64,000 nt of DNA from Dehalococcoidia bacterium. GTDB taxonomy: Bacteria > Chloroflexota > Dehalococcoidia > UBA2979. The notes beneath the pieces were generated by a model that saw only the letters and a list, made by a program, of their open reading frames with translations, searched no databases and was not told where the DNA came from. Every line of letters starts with the position of its first letter. The stretch's first letter is position 1. A program made the position numbers and the translations under genes. The stretch is taken from NCBI GenBank assembly GCA_963667465.2, contig CAXXDN010000002.1, positions 160,001-224,000 on the forward strand, given 5' to 3'. This document shows, piece by piece, positions 40,540-48,645 of this stretch.

Positions 40540-40959
40540 TCATCTGACCTTGCGGGTGACCATCTTCAGGCGGTTCTTGCCCGCGGAGCGTTCGTATTGC
40601 ACATCGTCCATCAGCGTGCGCACGAAGTGGACGCCGAGGCCCCCAACGCGCCGCCCCTCGACCCCGGAGGTGAGATCGGGGTCCGGGGCGTCGTTCAGGG
40701 GATCGAACGGCCGTCCGCCGTCGATGATCTCGATGGTCACCGAGTCCCCTTCGGATACGAGGGCGATCTCGATGTTGCTCGTAGCGTCGTCGTGTCCGTA
40801 GTCCATGATGTTCAGGCCCAGCTCTTCGAGCACGAGGTTCACCCGGAAGAGCAAGTCCGGCGGCCACTGATCCTCCTCCGCCAGGTTCTCGATGGCGGCG
40901 ACAATCCGATCCAGCTCCTGGCGGTCCGTCTTGACGGTCAGTGACAGTGTCGCGCTCAC
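40540..40959 (-). CDS. RsbW-like anti-sigma/Ser kinase
   Basis: LEELGLNIMDYG, DGGRPFDP, GGLGVHFVRTLMD. Confidence 0.92.
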   Translation of the reverse strand: MSATLSLTVKTDRQELDRIVAAIENLAEEDQWPPDLLFRVNLVLEELGLNIMDYGHDDATSNIEIALVSEGDSVTIEIIDGGRPFDPLNDAPDPDLTSGVEGRRVGGLGVHFVRTLMDDVQYERSAGKNRLKMVTRKVR

Positions 40960-40963
40960 CTCG

Positions 40964-42115
40964 TTATCCCTGTCGCAGGGTCAGGCAGGTGACGTCGTCG
41001 TGCTGGGGGGCGTCGCCCGTGAACTCGCGGACGACCCGCATGACCTCCATGCCGGTGGTCTCGGCATCGCTGGACAGGTGGCCGGGCCCGAAGTGCTCGC
41101 GCACGCCTTCGATGCCGAGCAACTCGTCGTCGATGTTGGTGGCCTCCGTCACCCCGTCGGTGTAGAGGATCACGGTGTCCCCGGGTGCGAGCGTGTAGCT
41201 CTCCTGGCGGTACTCGATACCCGGCACCACGCCCACGGCGATCCCGCCGGTCAGGGGCAGCAGGGTGGAGCTGCCGTCGGCGTGAACCACGAGTGGAGGA
41301 TCATGGCCTCCGCTGGCGTAGGCGAACACCCCGGTGGAGGGGCTGAACGTGGCGTACAGCATGGTGACGAACATGCCGGCCGTGTCGTCTTCCTGGATCA
41401 GGTTGTTGACCTCCGCGAGGACCGCGCCGGGTTCCTGGAAGCTGATCGCCGCGCCCTTGAGCAGGGTGCGGCTGGACATCATGAAGAGGGCGGCGGGCAC
41501 GCCCTTCCCGGAGACATCGGCGATCGCAAGGCCGATCTGATCGTCCTGCAGGCGAATCACGTCGTAGAAGTCGCCTCCCACGTTGCGCGCCGGTTCCATG
41601 GTCCCGAAGACCCTGTAGTTCGATCCGCTGGGGAAGGCCGTGGGGAGGATCGACTGCTGCATCTTGCTGGCGACGTCGAGTTCGTTCTGCAGCGTCACCA
41701 GCCTGTCGCGGCTCTTGAGCGCCTCGCGCCACTCCTCGACGTGCTGGAGGGTGCGGTCGACGGTGATCCGCAGGTCGTCGAAGTCAAGCGGCTTCGTGAC
41801 GAAGTCGAACGCGCCGCGGTTCATGGCGGTGCGAATGTTCTGCATGTCGCCGTAGGCGGAGATGATCACGGCCCGGATGTCCGGGTTTACGGAGGGGATC
41901 TGCTCCAGCAGGGTCAGACCGTCCATCTCGGGCATATTGATGTCCGAGAGGACCATGTCGATGTCATCCTGCTCGTCCAGCTTCTGCAGCGCCTCGATGC
42001 CGTTGCGGGCAAAGACGAACTCATAGACACCCTGCCGGATGGCGCGGCGCATGCGCTGGAGCATCAGAGGTTCGAGATCGGGCTCGTCGTCAACGACCAG
42101 GATTTTGTGGGTCAT
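40964..42115 (-). CDS. Receiver domain + SpoIIE/RsbU PP2C phosphatase
   Basis: ILVVDDE..SDINMPEMDG..KP; VGGDFYD, ADVSGKG, YTDGVTEA, DDVT. Confidence 0.95.
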   Translation of the reverse strand: MTHKILVVDDEPDLEPLMLQRMRRAIRQGVYEFVFARNGIEALQKLDEQDDIDMVLSDINMPEMDGLTLLEQIPSVNPDIRAVIISAYGDMQNIRTAMNRGAFDFVTKPLDFDDLRITVDRTLQHVEEWREALKSRDRLVTLQNELDVASKMQQSILPTAFPSGSNYRVFGTMEPARNVGGDFYDVIRLQDDQIGLAIADVSGKGVPAALFMMSSRTLLKGAAISFQEPGAVLAEVNNLIQEDDTAGMFVTMLYATFSPSTGVFAYASGGHDPPLVVHADGSSTLLPLTGGIAVGVVPGIEYRQESYTLAPGDTVILYTDGVTEATNIDDELLGIEGVREHFGPGHLSSDAETTGMEVMRVVREFTGDAPQHDDVTCLTLRQG

Positions 42116-42169
42116 CGCATTATTCGGGGGGAGTTGCGCGTGTGTCTGTTCCGGTCCGGCTCGCGTGTG

Positions 42170-42508
42170 CTACCCGCTGACGGCAGCCAGAGCCTCGTCT
42201 CGCGTGCCGTGAATCGGGATGATGGTGTCGAAGCCGCTGATCGCGAACACCTCGCGGATCGGAGCGTCAAGGGAGCAGAGCGCCATCGCGCCGCCGTTAC
42301 CCTGGAGGCTTCTGGCGGTCAGGAGGATCACCCTCAGCCCGGCGCTACTGATGTAGGAGATCTGCTCAAAGTCCAGGACCAGGGCGCGGTCGCCGTCCTC
42401 GATCGCCCCCTCCAGGGCTTCCTGGAACTCGCCCGCGTTGGAGCCGTCGAGGCGCCCTGTCGGCCTGGCGACGACCGTCGCGCCGTCGCGCTCCGCGTTG
42501 ATTTCCAT
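42170..42508 (-). CDS. STAS anti-anti-sigma factor
   Basis: GRLD, LDF..ISYISSAGLRV, IREVFAISGF. Confidence 0.93.
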   Translation of the reverse strand: MEINAERDGATVVARPTGRLDGSNAGEFQEALEGAIEDGDRALVLDFEQISYISSAGLRVILLTARSLQGNGGAMALCSLDAPIREVFAISGFDTIIPIHGTRDEALAAVSG

Positions 42509-42963
42509 AAGTCCGTCTCCTGACCCCTCGCTCGCGAAGTAGTGGCAGGGCCGCAGTATAGCCCGGTTGGAGTATACGTGGGGCAGGCGCCCGGTTGGAG
42601 GGCGAACCTCCGCTGAATCGCAGGCTGCCGCGGTGCACGCGAGGATCTCCGAGTCGCCGTCGGGAGGGTCCGAACGGCCACGACGCGCGAGGCGACGCCC
42701 GCTGCGGTTGGGGCCCGGCGCCGGCCCGATGCGTGGCGAGGGCCGGAGGCCGCACGGGTGCGCGCCAGGTGATGTAGCTGCCACGGGGACGGTGGGCGCC
42801 CGATCATGCGGGCCTTCGTGCGGGCGTGTCGTAAAGGGGTGTAGTTGATACTCCGTCTTACCTGCCTCCGAAGAACGGTTTTTTGTTTGAAGTTGTGGAC
42901 TCACGTTAGGCCAGCCTGTTAACATTGAAAGCCGGAAGTATGCTTGCAGGTCAGGAGGATCTG

Positions 42964-43299
42964 GTGGTACAGGCAACCCACGTCACGCATGAGTGCGACG
43001 AGCACGAGCATCACGGCGAGCCGGGCCACGTGCACGACCAGCACGAGTGCGACGAGCACGAGCACCACGCGCACGAGCACGAGCACCACGGCGAGGCTCA
43101 CGGCGACGGGCACGACGAGCACGAGTGCGACGAGCACGAGCACCACGCTCACGAGCACGACGCGCACGAGTGCGACGAGCACGAGCACCACGGCGAGCCG
43201 GGTCACGTGCACGACATGCACGAGTGCGACGAGCATGAGCACCACGCCCACGCGCACGACCCGCATGAGTGCGACGAGCACGAGCACCACTCCCACTAG
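42964..43299 (+). CDS. Small His/Glu/Cys-rich repeat protein (6x HECDEHEHH), putative metal-binding
   Basis: AGGAGG (42953-42958) then in-frame GTG; synonymous CAC/CAT variation preserves the His frame; lies upstream of the CDF gene. Confidence 0.7.
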   Translation: MVQATHVTHECDEHEHHGEPGHVHDQHECDEHEHHAHEHEHHGEAHGDGHDEHECDEHEHHAHEHDAHECDEHEHHGEPGHVHDMHECDEHEHHAHAHDPHECDEHEHHSH

Positions 43300-43487
43300 C
43301 GAGTAGCGGGCGACCGGTTCCGGCAGCGGTGGTCCCCAGGACCGGCGCGGCGGGCCGGACTGGAAGAGCGAGCCTGAAGGCCCATCCCACAGGGATGGCG
43401 CTTTCGGGTATCGTTCGATTGTCGGGGTGTGCGTCCAGGGCGCGTCACCCCGGGCGTCGCGAACGTGGTAGGGAATTGATCCGGTAG

Positions 43488-44717
43488 ATGTCAACAACGC
43501 CAGGATCGACATCTGACTCCCACGACCACGACGACCATGCCGGGCATGACCACGACGACCACGCCGGGCATGACCACGACGACCACGCCGGGCATGACCA
43601 CGACGACCATGCCGGGCATGACCACGACGACCACGCCGGGCATGACCACGACGACCATGCCGGGCATGACCACGACGACCACGCCGGGCATGACCACGAC
43701 GACCACGCCGGGCATGACCACGACGACCACGCCGGGCATGACCACGGCCGCCACGATCACGCCCACGACTTGCGAGGGCTCAGCCGTCGCAGGCTGACGA
43801 TCAGCCTCTTCCTGATCGCCGGCTACATGCTGGCCGAAGTCATCGGTGGTCTGGTGTCCGGCAGCCTCGCGCTGCTGGCCGACGCCGGCCACATGGCTAC
43901 CGACGCGGCCGCCATCGGTCTCGCGCTGCTCGCGATGTGGTTCGCGGAGCGGGAGGCGTCCGCCGAGCGCACCTACGGCTTCTACCGCACCGAGGTGCTC
44001 GCCGCGATGCTCAACGCCTTCGCGCTATGGATCATCGTCGCCTGGATCTTCTTCGAGGCGTACCACCGCTTCACGGTGGAGGCGGTGCACGTAGACGGAT
44101 GGCCCGTGCTGATCGTCGGCACCGGCGGTCTGATCGTGAACGTGATCGCCGCCTACATGCTGCACGCCTCCGCAGAGCACAGCCTGAATGCCGAGGGCGC
44201 CTTCCAGCATGTGCTGGCGGACCTGCTCGGCTCCGTCGGCGTCATCATCGCGGCCATCCTCGTGATCGCGTTCGACTGGGTGATCGCCGACCCGATCATC
44301 AGCATCATCATCGGCCTGCTGATTCTCGCCTCCTCCTGGGGTCTCGTGACGCGCGTCTTCCACGTGCTGCTTGAGGGCACCCCGGAGCACGTCGACGTCT
44401 ACAGCCTCTGCCACGACATCGAGGAACTGGAAGGCGTGCAGCTCATCCACGATGTCCACTGCTGGACGATCACGTCCAACGACGAGGCCTTCACTGCACA
44501 CGTGCTGGTCGACCCCTCGTACGAGGGCGACATCGACGAGCTGATTTCACGGGCCCAGGATCTGGCGCACGACAAGTACAGCATCGGCCACGTGACGATC
44601 CAGGCGGAGCAGTCTCTGGAGAGTTGCACCGAGAACCACCACGTTGGTCACCTGGCGTTCACCGCGCGCCCGGAACGGTCCGGCGGATTCTCGGTCAGGG
44701 GCCTGCTGCGCCTCTAG
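43488..44717 (+). CDS. Cation diffusion facilitator (CzcD/ZitB-like) with poly-His N-terminus
   Basis: SLALLADAGHMATD, TYGFYR.EVLAA, HVLADLLGS, HDVHCW, HVTIQ. Confidence 0.95.
   Translation: MSTTPGSTSDSHDHDDHAGHDHDDHAGHDHDDHAGHDHDDHAGHDHDDHAGHDHDDHAGHDHDDHAGHDHDDHAGHDHDDHAGHDHGRHDHAHDLRGLSRRRLTISLFLIAGYMLAEVIGGLVSGSLALLADAGHMATDAAAIGLALLAMWFAEREASAERTYGFYRTEVLAAMLNAFALWIIVAWIFFEAYHRFTVEAVHVDGWPVLIVGTGGLIVNVIAAYMLHASAEHSLNAEGAFQHVLADLLGSVGVIIAAILVIAFDWVIADPIISIIIGLLILASSWGLVTRVFHVLLEGTPEHVDVYSLCHDIEELEGVQLIHDVHCWTITSNDEAFTAHVLVDPSYEGDIDELISRAQDLAHDKYSIGHVTIQAEQSLESCTENHHVGHLAFTARPERSGGFSVRGLLRL
43521..43736 (+). repeat. 24-bp VNTR x9 encoding HDHDDHAG
   Basis: CAYGACCACGACGACCAYGCCGGG tandem, counted directly. 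Confidence 0.97.
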
Positions 44718-44784
44718 CTGGTTCGTCGCTTCGCCGCAGCCGCTTCACCGGTCGCGTCACGCGACGGCCGAGGGTCGGTGCGCG

Positions 44785-45528
44785 TCAGGCGGCGTCCTGC
44801 CGTCGCACGGCCTCGATGAAGTCGCGCACGCGCGCGGGATCCTTGCGCCCCGCGGTCTCCGTGCCGGTCGAGACGTCGACGGCCCACGGTCGCACGCGCT
44901 CGATCGCCTCGCCGACGTTCTCCGGGGTAAGGCCCCCGGCGAGCAGCATCGGCAGCTCGGCGGAGACGATGCGCGCGACCTCCCAGTCGAAGGTGCGGCC
45001 CGAGCCACCGCGGTAGGGCCCGTGCGGCGAGTCGAGCATGAGCGCGATCGCGAACCCCGGCTCGACGAACCTCATCGGATCCGAGGGCGAGTCGAGCGGT
45101 GAGACGTGTACCACCTGGATCACCTGCCGGGCGACCAGCAGGCAGTCCTCCCAGCTCTCATCGCCGGAGAGCTGGACGAGGTCCACGCCGGACTCAAGCG
45201 CCAGCTCGTTGACCTCCTCGATCGGCTGGTCAGCGAAGAGGCCGACGGTGAGCGGCCGTTTCGCCTCGAGGTAGGCCTCGATCACTTCCGCGCCGTGGCG
45301 GAACCACTCGCGCTCGTCCTCGCGCGCGTGGCCCCGGGCGGGGGGCGGCAGCGCGATCTCGTGCGCGGCAAGCGGCTCGCCGAGGGCATGCACCATCGCC
45401 TGCGCCTCGCCGAGGCCGACCTGGCGCGACGATTCGGCGAAGACGATCCCGACGAAGTCGGCGCCGGCCTCAGCGACATTGAGCACGTCGGCGGGTGTGC
45501 GGTTGCCACAGATCTTGACCAGCGTCAT
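44785..45528 (-). CDS. trpF: Phosphoribosylanthranilate isomerase
   Basis: VKICG, VQLSGDE, GGSGRTFDW, LAGGLTPENV, VDVSTG.E. Confidence 0.95.
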   Translation of the reverse strand: MTLVKICGNRTPADVLNVAEAGADFVGIVFAESSRQVGLGEAQAMVHALGEPLAAHEIALPPPARGHAREDEREWFRHGAEVIEAYLEAKRPLTVGLFADQPIEEVNELALESGVDLVQLSGDESWEDCLLVARQVIQVVHVSPLDSPSDPMRFVEPGFAIALMLDSPHGPYRGGSGRTFDWEVARIVSAELPMLLAGGLTPENVGEAIERVRPWAVDVSTGTETAGRKDPARVRDFIEAVRRQDAA

Positions 45529-46412
45529 CAGCCGCCCACCCGGCTGCGCGCGGGCGCAAGCAGCAGCTCGCGCGCCTTGGCGGCGACATCGCCCGTGCGC
45601 ACCAGCGCCTCGCCGACGAGCAGGGCGTGCGCTCCGGCCTCGGCCATCCGTTCGGCGTCCCCGGCGCTCTGGATCGCCGACTCGGCGACCAGCGTGACGC
45701 CCTCCGGCGCCAGCGGCGCGAGCCGCTCGAAGGTCGCGAGGTCCTCGTCGAAGGTTCGCAGATCGCGGTTGTTGACGCCGATCACGCGCGCCCCCGCGTC
45801 GACGGCTGCGCCGAGTTCGGCGGCGTCGTGGACCTCGACCAGCGCCTCCATGCCCTGCGCGCGGGTGAGTGCGAGCAAGCTGGCGAGCGCGCGGGGCGGC
45901 AGCAGCATCACGATCAGCAGGAGCGCGTCAGCGCCGCGCGCGCGTGCCTCGACGACCTGGTACGGGTCGAAGAGAAAGTCCTTGCGCAGCAGCGCCGGCC
46001 GGTCCATGTCGCCGCCGAACGCCTCCGAGGCGGCCGCGAGGTCCTCGATGCCGCCCTGGAAGAACGTCGGCTCGGTCAGCACGGAGACGGCGGAGGCGCC
46101 GGCGGCCGCATACTCGCGCGCCTGCGTGGCGGCGTCGAGAGCGCCGTCGATCACGCCGCGCGAGGGCGAGGCGCGCTTGATCTCGCCGATCAGCCGCAGC
46201 CGCGCGCCCTCGGGCGAGGCGGCGCGCCCCTCCGTCAATCGTGCCGCGAAGTCGATCGCGGGCGGCCGCGCGGCGGCGAGCCGTTCCAGGGCGTCGCGAG
46301 GTGTCGCCTCCTGGTCCTCGGCGAGCCGCAGCCGCCGGTCGGCGACGATGCGGTCCAGCACGGTACCCGTCTCGCGCGGACCGCTGGAGGCTGCCGAGGC
46401 GTGCGCGGTCAT
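45528..46412 (-). CDS. trpC: Indole-3-glycerol phosphate synthase
   Basis: EIKRASPSRG, SVLTE..F.G, LRKDF, GVNNRDL, LVGEALV. Confidence 0.96.
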   Translation of the reverse strand: MTAHASAASSGPRETGTVLDRIVADRRLRLAEDQEATPRDALERLAAARPPAIDFAARLTEGRAASPEGARLRLIGEIKRASPSRGVIDGALDAATQAREYAAAGASAVSVLTEPTFFQGGIEDLAAASEAFGGDMDRPALLRKDFLFDPYQVVEARARGADALLLIVMLLPPRALASLLALTRAQGMEALVEVHDAAELGAAVDAGARVIGVNNRDLRTFDEDLATFERLAPLAPEGVTLVAESAIQSAGDAERMAEAGAHALLVGEALVRTGDVAAKARELLLAPARSRVGG

Positions 46413-46416
46413 CGTG

Positions 46417-47442
46417 TCAGCTACGCCGGGTGGCCTCGACGAAGGCGCCGAGACGGGCGGCCGCCTCACCCTCGTCGATTGCCGTCAGCGCCTGCTCGGC
46501 GCCTTGCTGGATCGAGGCGGCGAGGCCGCAGACGTACAGTCCGGCGCCGGTGTTGACGGCGATGAAGTCGCGCAGCGCGGCTGAGCCGGAACCATCGCCG
46601 CGCAGCACCGCGCGCAGCGCCTCGGCGTTCTCCTCGGCGCTGCCGCCGCGCACCTCGTCGAGGGTGCGTTCCGTCACGCCGAGGTCGCGCGGGGTGACGC
46701 GGCGCTGTGTGAGCTCCAGACCGCGCACCTCGAACAGCGTCGTCGGCGCGGAGACGGAGATCTCGTCCAGACCCTCGTCGCTCGAAACCACGAGGGCGTG
46801 GCGGACGCCGAGGCGCGCCAGCGCCCCGGCAAGCAGCTCGGCGGTGGCGAGCCGGGGCGTGCCGAGCACGTGGCAGTTGGCCGAGGCGGGGTTGGTGAGG
46901 GGGCCGAGGATGTTGAAGACCGTGCGCACGCCGATCTCGCGCCGCAGCGGCGCCGCGAAGCGCATCGCGGGGTGGAACGACTGCGCGAAGAGGAAGCCGA
47001 CGCCCGTGCGCTCGATGCAGCTCGCCACCTGCTCCGGCGCGAGCGCGATCTCCGCCCCAAGCGCCTCGAGCAGATCCGCCGAGCCGGACTGCGAGGTCAT
47101 GCCGCGGTTCCCGTGCTTGGCGACCTTTGCGCCGACCGACGCGGCGACGATTGCGGCCGCCGTCGAGACGTTGAAGGTGTTGAGCCCGGAGCCGCCGGTC
47201 CCGCACGTGTCGAGCAGCGGACGTGCGCTCACGTGCGCCTTCAGCGAGTGCTCTCGCATCACGCGCGCCATCCCGACGACCTCGTCGACGGTCTCGCCCT
47301 TGTGGCGCAGTGCGAGGACGAAGGCGCCGAACTGGGCGGGCGTCGCCTCCGCCTCCATGATCTCGTTCATCACGGCGGCGGCCTCGCCCTCGCTGAGGTC
47401 GCGTCCCTCCTCGACAAGCGCCCCGATCGCGTCTGCGATCAT
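46417..47442 (-). CDS. trpD: Anthranilate phosphoribosyltransferase
   Basis: DTCGTGG..TFNVST, KHGNR..GSADLLE, RTVFNILGPLTNP. Confidence 0.97.
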   Translation of the reverse strand: MIADAIGALVEEGRDLSEGEAAAVMNEIMEAEATPAQFGAFVLALRHKGETVDEVVGMARVMREHSLKAHVSARPLLDTCGTGGSGLNTFNVSTAAAIVAASVGAKVAKHGNRGMTSQSGSADLLEALGAEIALAPEQVASCIERTGVGFLFAQSFHPAMRFAAPLRREIGVRTVFNILGPLTNPASANCHVLGTPRLATAELLAGALARLGVRHALVVSSDEGLDEISVSAPTTLFEVRGLELTQRRVTPRDLGVTERTLDEVRGGSAEENAEALRAVLRGDGSGSAALRDFIAVNTGAGLYVCGLAASIQQGAEQALTAIDEGEAAARLGAFVEATRRS

Positions 47443-47819
47443 GAGCTGTTCCCCTGTCGCGACCCGAGCATGTACGCGTCTACGGGCACGAGTCGCTGGC
47501 TTGCCGGGTCGACGCTGAGGAGCAGCGTCTCCAGCGGGACGGCGCCGAGCAGCGGCGATACTCCATCCTCGCCGAAGACCACCGGCGAAGACTCCGCGAC
47601 GTCCCCGATCCGGATCATCGCTGCGCCAGCGTCGCGTTCGATGCGGCTGCCGTCGGCGAGAGTGAACCGTACGCGCCGCGTGGGTTCGATGCCGAGGCGG
47701 CGGAGGATCGCCGTCGGCGCCACCGTGAACGTCGAGCCGGTGTCGACCATCGCTTCGATGGTTTCGAACGGACCATCCCGGCTGGCGGCCACCTCGGCTG
47801 TGACGTTGAACGTGCCCAT
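47439..47819 (-). CDS. Clan AA (retropepsin-like) aspartyl protease
   Basis: MVDTGSTFT, FTLADG, LLGAVPLE. Confidence 0.85.
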   Translation of the reverse strand: MGTFNVTAEVAASRDGPFETIEAMVDTGSTFTVAPTAILRRLGIEPTRRVRFTLADGSRIERDAGAAMIRIGDVAESSPVVFGEDGVSPLLGAVPLETLLLSVDPASQRLVPVDAYMLGSRQGNSS

Positions 47820-47837
47820 CTCAGGCCGCCTCTCGCC

Positions 47838-48431
47838 TTACGCCGGGGCCGCCGCCGCGCGGGGCGACTCCATGGCGAGGAAGTTGCGCAGCAGCTCGTG
47901 GCCGGTGGTTGTCATGATCGACTCGGGGTGGAACTGGACGCCCTCGATCGGCAGCGTGCGGTGGCGGACGCCCATGATCACCCCGCTCTCCGCGCGCGCC
48001 GTGACCTCCAGCTCGTCGGGCAGCGTGTCCGGCTCGATCGCCAGTGAATGATAGCGAATCGCCTCGAACGGCTGCGGCAGCGACTCAAAGACACCCTTGC
48101 CGTCGTGCGTGACCGTCGAGATCTTGCCGTGCATGATCTCGCCCGCCGGACCGACCCGCGCGCCGAACGCCTCGCCGATGCTCTGGTGTCCGAGGCAGAC
48201 GCCGAGCAGCGGCACCTGCCCGGCCGCCGCCCGGATCAGGTCGATCGAGATGCCGGCCTCCGCCGGCGTGCACGGCCCCGGCGAGACAACGATCCGCTCC
48301 GGCCCCATCGCCAGGCAGTCCTCGACGCTCGTCTCATCGTTGCGCACGACCGCGACCGTCGCGCCCAGCTCTGAGAGGTACTGGTAGAGGTTGTAGGTAA
48401 ACGAGTCGTAGTTATCGATCAGCAAGAGCAT
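47838..48431 (-). CDS. trpG: Anthranilate synthase component II
   Basis: IDNYDSFTYNL, SPGPC.P, GVCLGHQ, RYHSL, GVQFHPES. Confidence 0.96.
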   Translation of the reverse strand: MLLLIDNYDSFTYNLYQYLSELGATVAVVRNDETSVEDCLAMGPERIVVSPGPCTPAEAGISIDLIRAAAGQVPLLGVCLGHQSIGEAFGARVGPAGEIMHGKISTVTHDGKGVFESLPQPFEAIRYHSLAIEPDTLPDELEVTARAESGVIMGVRHRTLPIEGVQFHPESIMTTTGHELLRNFLAMESPRAAAAPA

Positions 48432-48632
48432 GGGAACGCTCCAAACAGGCTGCGGGAGTAAGCCGCGGATCGGCTGCGGACGTTATCGATCAGCAAGAGC
48501 ATGGGAACGCTCCAAACAGGCTGCGGGAGTAAGCACCGGATCGGCTGCGGACGTTATCGATCAGCAAGAGCATGGGAACGCTCCAAACAGGCTGCGGGAG
48601 TAAGCACCGGATCGGCTGCGGACGTTATCGAT
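48411..48632. repeat. 71-bp tandem repeat x3 plus 9-bp remnant, covering the trpG start
   Basis: GTTATCGAT at 48411, 48482, 48553 and 48624; units identical except 2 nt in the first. Confidence 0.97.
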
Positions 48633-48645
48633 TGGGAGCACCAGC

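Noticed and set aside
42944-43306. Thr/Ser/Cys-rich frame as a RiPP or lanthipeptide precursor
   Set aside because: Shadow frame of the His repeats; the SD and synonymous variation favour the His frame; no modifying enzymes nearby
43300-43487. NiCo (czcD) riboswitch upstream of the CDF gene
   Set aside because: Could not identify the conserved four-way-junction motifs by eye; an Infernal search would be needed
48411-48632. Possible CRISPR array
   Set aside because: Units are essentially identical over their whole length (no unique spacers), include the trpG start, and no cas genes are present
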